Assembly (NCBI GenBank): GCA_049602735.1
Contig: JBMYRW010000005.1
Span: 20,604 to 84,603 of the forward strand
Direction of reading: 5' to 3'
Source: Thermoplasmatota archaeon
GTDB lineage: Archaea; Thermoplasmatota; E2; JACPAO01; JAHFTW01
DNA: 64,000 nucleotides
Part shown: one piece after another, positions 8,896 through 17,300 of the stretch
Layout: each line of letters opens with the position of its first letter
How positions within the stretch are numbered: position 1 is the first letter of the stretch
Made by a program: the position numbers and the translations under genes
The notes under the pieces: model-generated
The model's database searches: none
Told to the model about the DNA's origin: nothing
The model's input: the letters and a program-made list of their open reading frames with translations, nothing else

Positions 8896-9969
8896 ATGAA
8901 GAACCGGTCCGCACTGCTGATGACAAGCCTGTTCGTCCTTTCCGCCAGCCTCGCCGGCGCCCAGGATGTCCCTGAAGAGCCCGCCCGCACGGCGCTCATG
9001 GCCGGGCCCGCCACCCTCTGGACCAGCCTCAACATGGGGCCCGGCAGCGGCCTGGACGCCGACCTCCTGGACGGCTACGAGGCCGCCGACTTCTTCGATG
9101 CCTTGGATGCAGAGACCGCCGCCCGCAGCGCGGCTGATGACGCCCTCCAGATGCAGATCGACGACCTGGATGCCGGGCTCCGCGACGACCTGATGGCCGA
9201 GGAGGCCGCCCGCATCGCCGCCGATGATGCCCTGGCAGCCGACGTTGCAGCCGACCTGGCCGCGGAGCAGGCCGCGCGCGTCGCGGGTGACGCCGACCTC
9301 CAGGCCGCCTTGGACGATGAGCGCGCCGCGCGCGCCGGTGGCGACGACGCGCTCCAGCTTGCCGTCGACGACGAGGCCGCGGCCCGGGTCGCCGGTGATG
9401 ATGCGCTCCAAGACGCCTTGGATCAGGAAGAAGCCGCCCGCATGGCGGCCGACGACGCTCTCCAGGCGGCCATCGACGATGAAGCCGATGCTCGCGCCGC
9501 GGCCGACGACCTGCTCTCCGCCCGCCTGGACGACCTGGAAGCATCCGCGACGCAGACGCTCTCGATCCCCATGGGGGCCTTCATGGCTGGCGACTCCGAC
9601 TTCAGCTGGCACCGCAACACGTTCGGGCTCTTTGGAAAGGAGGCTGGCAAGTTCATCTGGTTCTATGCCCCCGTGCAGCTGCCCGATGGCGCCCTCATCA
9701 CGGGCCTGGAAGCCACGGTCCGCGACAGCAGCACCGACCACGACATGCGCGTGGAGCTCGTGGGTACCAGGTTGACGGATGGCGCCGGCCTAGGCTTTTT
9801 CAACGCCTACTCGACGAGCGACGGCGGCCTGCAGACGGTGGGTTCCTCCCTGTCGCACACCGTCGATCATGAGAACAACACGCTCATGGTCGCCGTCAGT
9901 TGGACGGTCCCCAGCGCGACGACGTCGTTGCAGATCGCCGGGGCCACCGTGAGCTACACGTTGCCGTAG
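8896..9969 (+). CDS. Secreted tail-fibre-like protein with Ala/Asp-rich ~18-aa coiled-coil repeats and a beta-rich C-terminal domain
   Basis: Signal peptide MKNRSALLMTSLFVLSASLAGAQD. Motif GSGLDADLLDGYEAADF, then repeats of E.AAR.A.DDALQ.A.D. ATG at 8896. Confidence 0.7.
   Translation: MKNRSALLMTSLFVLSASLAGAQDVPEEPARTALMAGPATLWTSLNMGPGSGLDADLLDGYEAADFFDALDAETAARSAADDALQMQIDDLDAGLRDDLMAEEAARIAADDALAADVAADLAAEQAARVAGDADLQAALDDERAARAGGDDALQLAVDDEAAARVAGDDALQDALDQEEAARMAADDALQAAIDDEADARAAADDLLSARLDDLEASATQTLSIPMGAFMAGDSDFSWHRNTFGLFGKEAGKFIWFYAPVQLPDGALITGLEATVRDSSTDHDMRVELVGTRLTDGAGLGFFNAYSTSDGGLQTVGSSLSHTVDHENNTLMVAVSWTVPSATTSLQIAGATVSYTLP
9106..9540 (+). repeat. In-frame tandem repeat (~54 nt / 18 aa, about 7-8 degenerate units) inside CDS 8896..9969
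   Basis: Units read directly: DAETAARSAADDALQMQI, EQAARVAGDADLQAALD, DERAARAGGDDALQLAVD, DEAAARVAGDDALQDALD, QEEAARMAADDALQAAID, DEADARAAADDLLSARLD. Confidence 0.75.
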
Positions 9970-10027
9970 GACGACCGTCCGGCGCCATCGGTGCTATTTT
10001 CTTCCTTTCCCCGAATCCAACCAGCCG

Positions 10028-11950
10028 TTGGCCTCGCCGCTCCTGCCCCACCTGCTGGCCGGGATCGCCCTGTGCCTCCTGGCGGGGGCCACCTGGCTCT
10101 TCGCTCGGGAGCGGGCGGGTCGGCTGTTGGCGGCGTTCATCGCCATCGAGGGCATCCATGTGCTGGCCCACGGCGCGGGGGCCGTCAGCAGCGACCCGCG
10201 CGTCGCTCAGGCGCTCCTGAACACGCTGCACATCCCCAGCTTCTTCGGCTTCATGGTCGGCGTGCTGTTCGTGACGACCATCACTGGCATCCATCGGCGC
10301 TTCTGGTGGCAGCCGGCGGGTCTGGCGGCGTTGGCGGCGTGGCCTCTTTTCATGACGGTCCTGGAGCTGATCGAGCCCTCGCCGTTCTGGACGTACAGCC
10401 CCACGGGCGCCCATGTCCTGGTGGGACCACGCGCCGAGGTCGCCAGCCTGGAAGGGCTGCTCTTTGTCGGCTTCGACGTCTACATGCTCGGGCTCCTGGT
10501 GGCAGGGCTGCTCCGGCAACGGGACCGGCGCGGCGTCCCCGGCCTGGCGCTGCTGGTGGCCTACTTCCTCCTTCGAGAGGTCCCGATCCTCGTCACGTAC
10601 GCCAGCGACCCGGACCGTTGGCTTGTCCTGGGATGGCTCGGCCTTGAGGCCCCGTCCCTGCTGGGCTTCCCTTGGACCCTCGTGCTCGCCTTGCTCCTCT
10701 CCCTGATGCCGTTGACGGTGGCCGGCCGCGCCCGGCTGCCCGAAGCCCGCAACGCCCTCGTGCAAGCGGTGACGTTGGTGGCGCTCTTGGCGACGCTGAG
10801 CCAATGGGCGGCCGACGGCTCGGCGCCGGCCACGTCCCTCCGCCTGGCCTTCGGTGCCCTCCTGTTGTCCTATGCTGCCCTGCGCCACGGTCTCTTCGGC
10901 GTGGAACGGACCGCCAAGGGATGGGTGGAGCTGCCGTTGGGTGCTGCCGGCTTCGGGGTGCTGCTGCTGCTGGCCACAGCCAGCTTCCGCACCGGCGCCG
11001 CCGCGACCGAACCCTACGCGGTGCCGGCCGGCCTGGCGACGGCGCTCGTGGCGACCACACTCCTCCTGGCGATCTCGGAAGCAGGGCGCGCCGCTGCCAC
11101 CGGGGCCAAAGCGGGCGCCGATGCCAGCCTGGTGGGGACGGTGCTGGAAGGCCGGTACCGCCTGGACCGCCTGCACGCGGCGAGCCCACGGGCCGAACTG
11201 TACGAAGGACGCGACCTGCACACCAGTGAACCGGTCGCCGTGAAGTGGGCCTTGCACAGCCGCGCCGAATCCAGCCGCCGTGAGGCCGCCGCCCTGCAGG
11301 CCCTCCAGCATGACCACATCATCGCCGTGCGGCAGGTCGCCGTCTGGGAGGGCCGCCCCGCCTTGGTGCTGGACTGGCTGCCCGGCGGCAGCCTCGCCGA
11401 CCGCCTCCAGGACGGACCCCTGGCCGCCGCCCAGTGGAACCGATTGGCCACGGAGCTGCTGGGAGGACTCGCCGCCGTCCACCGCGCAGGCCTTCTCCAC
11501 GGCGACGTGAAGCCCTCCAACATCCTGTTCGACGTGGATGGCCGCGCCAGGCTCACGGACTTCGACACGGCGGCCACGGGTGCCGCCACCGACCCCGATG
11601 CCACCCTCGCCGCTGCGCCGATCGTGACCGGTACGCCCCGCTACCTCAGCCCCGAACGGGCCCGTGGTGGTCCACCCAGCGCGTCCGCCGACCTGTTCGC
11701 CGCCGGTGCCACGCTCTATGAAGCGCTCACGGGACGGCCGCCCCTTGCCCCGCGACCCAACGAGACCGTCACCCAAGTGCTGGCCCGCGCCGCCGCTTGG
11801 GGCCCCTTCCAGGCCCCCGTGCCCGGCGACGAAGCACTCGTCGGCTGGTTCCGGGTGGCCCTCCACCCGGACCCCGGTCGCCGATTCCAGGACGCCGACG
11901 CCATGGCCGCCGCCCTGCGGGCATGCGGTTTTAGTGCCCCACCGCCATGA
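10028..11950 (+). CDS. Polytopic membrane protein (about 8-9 TM) fused to a C-terminal Hanks-type Ser/Thr protein kinase
   Basis: Kinase from about nt 11141: VAVKW (Lys), HRAGLLHGDVKPSNILF (HxD..K..N), LTDFDTA (DFG-like), GTPRYLSPE (APE-like). The N-terminal 370 aa are hydrophobic helices. Confidence 0.85.
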   Translation: MASPLLPHLLAGIALCLLAGATWLFARERAGRLLAAFIAIEGIHVLAHGAGAVSSDPRVAQALLNTLHIPSFFGFMVGVLFVTTITGIHRRFWWQPAGLAALAAWPLFMTVLELIEPSPFWTYSPTGAHVLVGPRAEVASLEGLLFVGFDVYMLGLLVAGLLRQRDRRGVPGLALLVAYFLLREVPILVTYASDPDRWLVLGWLGLEAPSLLGFPWTLVLALLLSLMPLTVAGRARLPEARNALVQAVTLVALLATLSQWAADGSAPATSLRLAFGALLLSYAALRHGLFGVERTAKGWVELPLGAAGFGVLLLLATASFRTGAAATEPYAVPAGLATALVATTLLLAISEAGRAAATGAKAGADASLVGTVLEGRYRLDRLHAASPRAELYEGRDLHTSEPVAVKWALHSRAESSRREAAALQALQHDHIIAVRQVAVWEGRPALVLDWLPGGSLADRLQDGPLAAAQWNRLATELLGGLAAVHRAGLLHGDVKPSNILFDVDGRARLTDFDTAATGAATDPDATLAAAPIVTGTPRYLSPERARGGPPSASADLFAAGATLYEALTGRPPLAPRPNETVTQVLARAAAWGPFQAPVPGDEALVGWFRVALHPDPGRRFQDADAMAAALRACGFSAPPP

Positions 11951-11957
11951 AGCGCCC

Positions 11958-13253
11958 ATGCGGTGGATGGTAGGAGCCGTGGTGCTCACGCTGCTGGCAG
12001 CCAGCCTGCCCGTGGACGCGACGGCCCGGGTGCAGAACTTCGGCGCGGGCGGCGGCGGCGCCTACTTCGGTTCCGCCATGGACCTGGATGGCGACATGAT
12101 GTTGGCCGGCGCGCCCGGCTTTGACATCGGCGAGGACTTCAACGCGGGGGCGGCCTACCTGGTCTCCCGCAACGACCAGGGCGAATGGAACGTGGGTCGC
12201 CGCCTGGTGGCCGACCATTCCCATCCGTACGACCTCTTTGGATCCTCGGTGGCCCTCGAAGGCGACCTGGCCCTCGTGGGTGCCACGGGCGACGACAACG
12301 GCGGCAGCTGCACCGGCAGCAGCAAGGGCGCCGTCTTCGTCCACCAACGTAGCGGCAACCAGTGGCCCCTCGTGCAGAAGCTGGAGGCCCCCGACGCCCA
12401 CTGCGGCGCCCTGTACGGCTACCAGATGGAGCTGGAGGACGGCCACCTCATCGTGGCCGGCAAGCAGACCAGCGCGGGCGGCATCAGCCGCGGCAAGCTG
12501 TACGCGTACGACTGGAACGGGGCCTCCTTCGACCTCGTCCAACAGATCACCGACCCCAACGGCGCCAACTACGACGACTTTGGCACCGCCATCGACCTCG
12601 ACGGCGACAGGCTCGCCGTGGGTTCCCCCGGTGACACCTCCAAGCCCAGTGGCAAGGTGACGTTGCTGGAACGCGCCGGGCCAGGCTCCCCGTGGGCCAT
12701 CACCCACACGATCACGACGACCAGCGGCAACGACGGCGACCTGTTCGGTCACGACGTGGCCTTGGACGGCGACGTGCTCGCCATCGGCTCCCAGGGCGAG
12801 GAGACGTTCGGCTACTGGAGTGGCGCCGTGTACATGCACCGCTGGGACGGCTCCGCTTGGGCCCTCGAGGAGAAGCTGTTCCCCGTGGACGGCGACAACG
12901 GCGACGGCAACCTCTTCGGTCTCAGCGTCGACGTGCTCGGCGACGCGGTCATCATCGGCGCACCGCGTGACGAACGGGGCGGCGCGTACAACGTGGGCGC
13001 GGCGTACCTGTACCAGTTCGACGGCTCGTCCTGGGAGGGTGAGCGGCTTGTCCGGCCCGACCAAGGCAACAACCAGAACTTCGGCTGGGAGGTCACCCTG
13101 GACGACGAACAGTTGCTCGTCAACGCCTACACGCAGGGCAGCGGTCGCGTCCATGTCTTCGACCGCGACTGCCCGGTGGCCTTCACGGGCTTTGCCGAGG
13201 GTTGCCTCCTGGATGCCCTGATCAGCGACCTTCTGAGCTCGCTGCCTCCCTAG
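11958..13253 (+). CDS. Secreted FG-GAP repeat (integrin-alpha-like beta-propeller) protein
   Basis: Signal MRWMVGAVVLTLLAASLPVDATA. Repeats FGSAMDLDGDMMLAGAP, FGSSVALEGDLALVGA, FGTAIDLDGDRLAVGSP, FGHDVALDGDVLAIGS, FGLSVDVLGDAVIIGAP. ATG at 11958 lies 8 nt after the kinase stop. Confidence 0.85.
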   Translation: MRWMVGAVVLTLLAASLPVDATARVQNFGAGGGGAYFGSAMDLDGDMMLAGAPGFDIGEDFNAGAAYLVSRNDQGEWNVGRRLVADHSHPYDLFGSSVALEGDLALVGATGDDNGGSCTGSSKGAVFVHQRSGNQWPLVQKLEAPDAHCGALYGYQMELEDGHLIVAGKQTSAGGISRGKLYAYDWNGASFDLVQQITDPNGANYDDFGTAIDLDGDRLAVGSPGDTSKPSGKVTLLERAGPGSPWAITHTITTTSGNDGDLFGHDVALDGDVLAIGSQGEETFGYWSGAVYMHRWDGSAWALEEKLFPVDGDNGDGNLFGLSVDVLGDAVIIGAPRDERGGAYNVGAAYLYQFDGSSWEGERLVRPDQGNNQNFGWEVTLDDEQLLVNAYTQGSGRVHVFDRDCPVAFTGFAEGCLLDALISDLLSSLPP

Positions 13254-13302
13254 GACGCTGTCCCGGGCCGGGCCGGGCCGGCGTGTCTGGTTGGCGGGGT
13301 GG

Positions 13303-14472
13303 CTAGCGCTCGTAGGCGGAGTAGAAGTGGAACAGGCCGCGCTCGTGGCCGGCGGTGTCCGTGAAGCGCAGCGTCCAGGTGCCAGGCTGTTGGTCCGGGC
13401 TGCCGAGCCAGTTGCTGGTGCAGGTGCCCCAGCCTCCGATGGCGGGCCCCGAGGAGGCACTGGCGGCCCATTGCTGGCCGTCGGGGTCGAGCATGACGAA
13501 GGCGGGGTCGACCTCCACGTCGCCGCCGAAGCCGCAGCCGCCGATCTCGATGACGGTGGGTGGCGCCACGAACGTCGTCTCGCCGGGCTGGCCGTCGGGG
13601 AGCTCCACGAAGGCGGCTTCGCTCACCACACCGATGAAGCGCGCCGCCGGGGGCTCCGTGGTGCCGTCGCCGCGGGTCGTGGTGGCCGTTGCGGGGGCGC
13701 CGTTGAGCTGTTGGAGGAAGATGTACTCCCCCGTCGGCATTTCCTGGTCGAGGGTGAACGTGCCGTCGCTGTCCGCCCCCAGCACGCCGATTTGGGCGTC
13801 GGCGGGGTCGTATACGGTGATCGGCTGGGTGTGGCCGGTGAACGTCACGCTGTCGCCGGGGGCCTCCAGGCGCAGGCCAAGGGGGACGCCCGGGGGTAGC
13901 AGTCCGGGGCTGCCGACGACGGCCACCTGGACGGTGTAGTCGAAGCCCTGCGCCGGCACGCCGGTATCGGTGGGTTCCCCGTGGATCTCGTCGAACTGGA
14001 CCACCAGGCGGAGGTCGTTGCTGTCGCCAAGCCCGTAGGCGCGGACCTCGTTGCGGCCGCCGAAGGGGCAGTCGCACCAGGATTCGGCCACGGCATCGCC
14101 GACCAGGAAGGCGTCGATGTCGCCGCTGCCCGTGGCCGCTTCGGCCAGGAGCGTCAACTGGAACGGCATGCCGGAGGGCAGGAGCCCTGACAGGTCGTGT
14201 TCCTGTTGGTGCGTCCAGGCCTGGCCGGCCTCGCCGGCGTATTGGCCCATGTATTGCCGGTTGTCCTGGAAGGCGAACGTGCCGGTGAACGTCTCGTTGG
14301 CCGTGTGGGGGGAGCCGCTGCCGATCGCCAGGAGTGTTGCGGTGCCGGCTGGGCCCAGGCCGTCGGGGCCTGGAGCCGCGCCGGGGGCCTCATCGGGGTC
14401 GTTGCCGCCGTCATCGGAGGTGCAGCCTGCCAGCGTCGCCGCCACCAAGAGGGCGACCGACCATCCACGCAT
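13303..14472 (-). CDS. Lipoprotein of unknown function
   Basis: MRGWSVALLVAATLAGC lipobox followed by a low-complexity linker and a beta-rich body. No family recognised. Confidence 0.65.
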   Translation of the reverse strand: MRGWSVALLVAATLAGCTSDDGGNDPDEAPGAAPGPDGLGPAGTATLLAIGSGSPHTANETFTGTFAFQDNRQYMGQYAGEAGQAWTHQQEHDLSGLLPSGMPFQLTLLAEAATGSGDIDAFLVGDAVAESWCDCPFGGRNEVRAYGLGDSNDLRLVVQFDEIHGEPTDTGVPAQGFDYTVQVAVVGSPGLLPPGVPLGLRLEAPGDSVTFTGHTQPITVYDPADAQIGVLGADSDGTFTLDQEMPTGEYIFLQQLNGAPATATTTRGDGTTEPPAARFIGVVSEAAFVELPDGQPGETTFVAPPTVIEIGGCGFGGDVEVDPAFVMLDPDGQQWAASASSGPAIGGWGTCTSNWLGSPDQQPGTWTLRFTDTAGHERGLFHFYSAYER

Positions 14473-14543
14473 GCAGACAGCGTCGCCAGAAGATACAGAA
14501 GCGTTGTGGCGGGCGCGTCGGAATGAGCGGTTCTACGTTGCGG

Positions 14544-16019
14544 TCACGACGGCACGGGGCCGGTGTACTCGAAGGCGTAGAGGCCGGTGCCCCGGTCGGT
14601 CACCCAGAGCAGGGTGGGTTCGTCGGGGTCCCAGCGGGCCTGGTAGACGTTGGGGCCGTACCCTTCGGGGTCAAAGTTGGGCTTCTTCCACCACAGGGGG
14701 CCGTCGTAGGGGGCGGCGGGGTCGCCGTGGGGTTGGTAGAAGGCGACGTGGCGAGGCTGGGTGGGGTCGGTGATGTCGAGGATCCAGACGCCGGCGTGGT
14801 AATGGCCGACGGCCAGGAGCGTGTTGTCCTGGTTGGGGATCGCCGTGTGGGGGCTCATGGTGTAGGCGCCTTCGATGGTGACATCGCCGGGGAGCTCCCA
14901 GGTGCCGATCTGCACCAGCGCGCCGGGGTCGGTGGCGTCGTAGGCGCGGATGAGGCCGCTGCCGGTCTCCAGGCCGCCGATCTCGGGGGCGCTCCAGGCG
15001 ATGACGCGGCCCAGCGGCCGATCCTCGTCGTCGCGGGCGGTCTCTTCCTGCATGACCCAGTGGATGGCGAGCGCGTCGCTGGGCGCCATCTCGGCGTTCA
15101 CACCCATCTTCACCGGCAGCAGCGGGTCGGTGACATCGAAGGTGACCACACCGCCGTCCCAGTGGCTCACGTACGCGACGCGTTGGCCGGTCACAGGATG
15201 CTCCTGCACCAGCACGTCGTGAGGGAAACTGCGTCCTTCCTTCTGGACCTCGTTATGGTCGAAGGAGCCGACCGGCACGAGGCGGGGGCCCAGCGGCGTG
15301 TCCACGAGCTGGGAGATGTAGACGTGGTTGCCCGGGTCCGGGTAGGGTAGGTAGAGGGGCTGGCCGACGTAGTAGAGGAACACGTCGTCGTCCACCTCTT
15401 CGACGTGGAAGTTGTGGGTGCCCAGGAGTTCGACGGGGAGGATCTGCAGCAGCTGCGGCGCCGCGCGGTCGGAGACGTCCACCACATGGATGCAGACGGT
15501 GCAGTCGCGGGGGCCGTCGCCGTCGGTCCAGGCGTTGGGATCCGGGATGTCCTGGACGTTCATGAACGCCGTCTGGCCGTCGGGGGTGACGCGCACCTCC
15601 TGGATGCTGTTGCCGTCCACCCAGTAGCGCCCCAGCACCGAGACGGCGTCGGGATCGGCGATGTCGGCGATGACGAAGCCGCCAGCAGCATCGCCGTCCA
15701 CGGCCACGAACGCCAGGTCCTCCGCGCCGTCGTCCGACTGCCACAGGACGAAGTTGGCAAAGCCGTTGTCGCCGAGGCTCACGTCGAGCGTGTTCCAGGA
15801 GAGGAGGTCCAGGTTGTGGCTCGCGGTGTGCAAGTGGGGGTCGTTGTGGTCGTGGAACGTCACGATCGGCTCACCGATGGCGGCCATGGCTGCGGCCACG
15901 GGGTCGTCACCGGGGGCGAGGCCGCCCGCCTGGTCCTGATTATCGGCGAGGCAGCCGGCCAGCAGCAGCGCGACGAGGCCCGCCGTTGCCAGGAGGGCGA
16001 AGGGTCGATCTGGGGTCAT
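14544..16019 (-). CDS. Lipoprotein with LVIVD-type beta-propeller repeats
   Basis: MTPDRPFALLATAGLVALLLAGC lipobox. Recurrent hydrophobic-x-[IV]-x-D-[IV]-[ST]-D-P motifs: GFVIADIADPD, IHVVDVSDRAAP, VTFDVTDPLLP, VWILDITDPTQP. ATG at 16019 chosen. Confidence 0.7.
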   Translation of the reverse strand: MTPDRPFALLATAGLVALLLAGCLADNQDQAGGLAPGDDPVAAAMAAIGEPIVTFHDHNDPHLHTASHNLDLLSWNTLDVSLGDNGFANFVLWQSDDGAEDLAFVAVDGDAAGGFVIADIADPDAVSVLGRYWVDGNSIQEVRVTPDGQTAFMNVQDIPDPNAWTDGDGPRDCTVCIHVVDVSDRAAPQLLQILPVELLGTHNFHVEEVDDDVFLYYVGQPLYLPYPDPGNHVYISQLVDTPLGPRLVPVGSFDHNEVQKEGRSFPHDVLVQEHPVTGQRVAYVSHWDGGVVTFDVTDPLLPVKMGVNAEMAPSDALAIHWVMQEETARDDEDRPLGRVIAWSAPEIGGLETGSGLIRAYDATDPGALVQIGTWELPGDVTIEGAYTMSPHTAIPNQDNTLLAVGHYHAGVWILDITDPTQPRHVAFYQPHGDPAAPYDGPLWWKKPNFDPEGYGPNVYQARWDPDEPTLLWVTDRGTGLYAFEYTGPVPS

Positions 16020-16085
16020 GGGGCGGCGACGTCGGCGGGGTGCCAAAGCGCTTGTGTCATGTGGGGGCCCCGGCTGCGGGGCCGC

Positions 16086-16328
16086 ATGACCAGCGACCCC
16101 CATTGCCCGCAGTGCGCCTCCTACGAGCAGGCGGTCATGGACGGCGAGGCCGACAAGGTGCAGCCGTGCGATGCGTACGAGATGACGGACGGCTTCCGCG
16201 ACTGGATGGTCGACGCCATGCGTGCCGAGGTGATGGGGCAGGTCTCCCTGAGTGGCCTGGACCGCTTGGCGATCCTCAAGCCGGACGCTGAGCCGGAGCC
16301 GTCAGCCCCAGACGAGGACGAAGAGTAG
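16086..16328 (+). CDS. Small acidic hypothetical protein (80 aa)
   Basis: In-frame ATG at 16086 inside track ORF 15405..16328: MTSDPHCPQCASYEQAV...EPSAPDEDEE. Only coding-like composition supports it. Confidence 0.35.
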   Translation: MTSDPHCPQCASYEQAVMDGEADKVQPCDAYEMTDGFRDWMVDAMRAEVMGQVSLSGLDRLAILKPDAEPEPSAPDEDEE

Positions 16329-17300
16329 GAACAGCACGAACGCCGTCACGACACCGTACACGGCGGCGAAGACGAGGAGGCGACCCAGGGGGTTGGCCAC
16401 CGTGGGCTCCTTGGGCGTAGCGCGCGGCACAGGCGCCGCGGGCTCTGGTTCCCTCGCCTTGGGTGCAGGGGCCGCGCTGGTGGAAACGGCGGCTGCGCGG
16501 GGCCGTCCTTGCAACGCGGCGTCGACCACATCGCGGTCGACGCGCCAGTTCACCTCGTCCACGGCGCTACGGCGCCGCGCGGGCACCGGTTCGGGTGCCG
16601 GCGCAGGCTGGGGGGCGGGCTCCGGCGCCGGTTCCGGCGCTTTGGGTGCGGCCGGAGGCGCCGTGCGTGGCGTGGTAGCAGGCTTGACCACGGGCTTCGC
16701 CGCTGGTCTGGGCTTGTCCCGGAGCCAATCGAAGCGCTCCTGCTCCCCCTTGCCGGAGCCGCCGAGCCAGGCGAACGGCGCTTCCGGGGCGTCATCATGG
16801 CGTTGGCGATCCAGCATGGCGTCACTGAGGCGGGGCGCGTCACGGGATGGCCACGGTCGGGCCTTGCCGGCCTCCGGCCAGGCGCTCCGGGGGCGCTCCG
16901 GATCGACGGGGGCCGGGTGGGCGGCGTCGCCCAGTTGACTCGCCTCCAGGAGGACGATGCCCCGTTGCCCCGCGGCAGCACGCAGGGGGCCACTGATGCG
17001 CGGGACCGCGACGACGGGGTTGGCACCCACGTCACGGGCGGTGCGCTGCAAGGCGGCCAGTTCAGCCACGTCGATGCCGCCGGCGTCGCCGAAGAAGACC
17101 GCCAGGCGCCCCAGGTGGTTGCTGGCCACGAGGTCGAGCACGTGGACCTGGCCGCTCGCCCCTTCGGCCCGCAGGCGTTCCTGGACGCGGTAGCCCCGGT
17201 CGCGGTAGTGCTCGGCCACCTGTTCACGCAGCACGCAGGGGCAGGAGGCAGGGTTGTAGATGATGGCGTCGATGGGGCTCCGTGGAGGAACAGGAGCCAC
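16302..17300 (-). CDS. C-terminally membrane-anchored protein with a possible restriction-endonuclease-like N-terminal domain and a Pro/Ala-rich linker (start uncertain: GTG 17300 or 17234)
   Basis: LREQVAEHYRDRGYRVQE...VHVLDLVAS..GRLAVFFGD..GIDV..L..L.R.A...GANPVVAV resembles an Mrr-cat-like layout. The C-terminal TM is LLVFAAVYGVVTAFVLFLLFVLVW. The track's longer 5' end overlaps the UbiA gene. Confidence 0.55.
   Translation of the reverse strand: MAPVPPRSPIDAIIYNPASCPCVLREQVAEHYRDRGYRVQERLRAEGASGQVHVLDLVASNHLGRLAVFFGDAGGIDVAELAALQRTARDVGANPVVAVPRISGPLRAAAGQRGIVLLEASQLGDAAHPAPVDPERPRSAWPEAGKARPWPSRDAPRLSDAMLDRQRHDDAPEAPFAWLGGSGKGEQERFDWLRDKPRPAAKPVVKPATTPRTAPPAAPKAPEPAPEPAPQPAPAPEPVPARRRSAVDEVNWRVDRDVVDAALQGRPRAAAVSTSAAPAPKAREPEPAAPVPRATPKEPTVANPLGRLLVFAAVYGVVTAFVLFLLFVLVWG

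Noticed and set aside
9896-11989. 697-aa minus-strand ORF
   Set aside because: Antisense to the membrane Ser/Thr kinase. The product is Gly/Arg/Gln-rich junk with no motifs.
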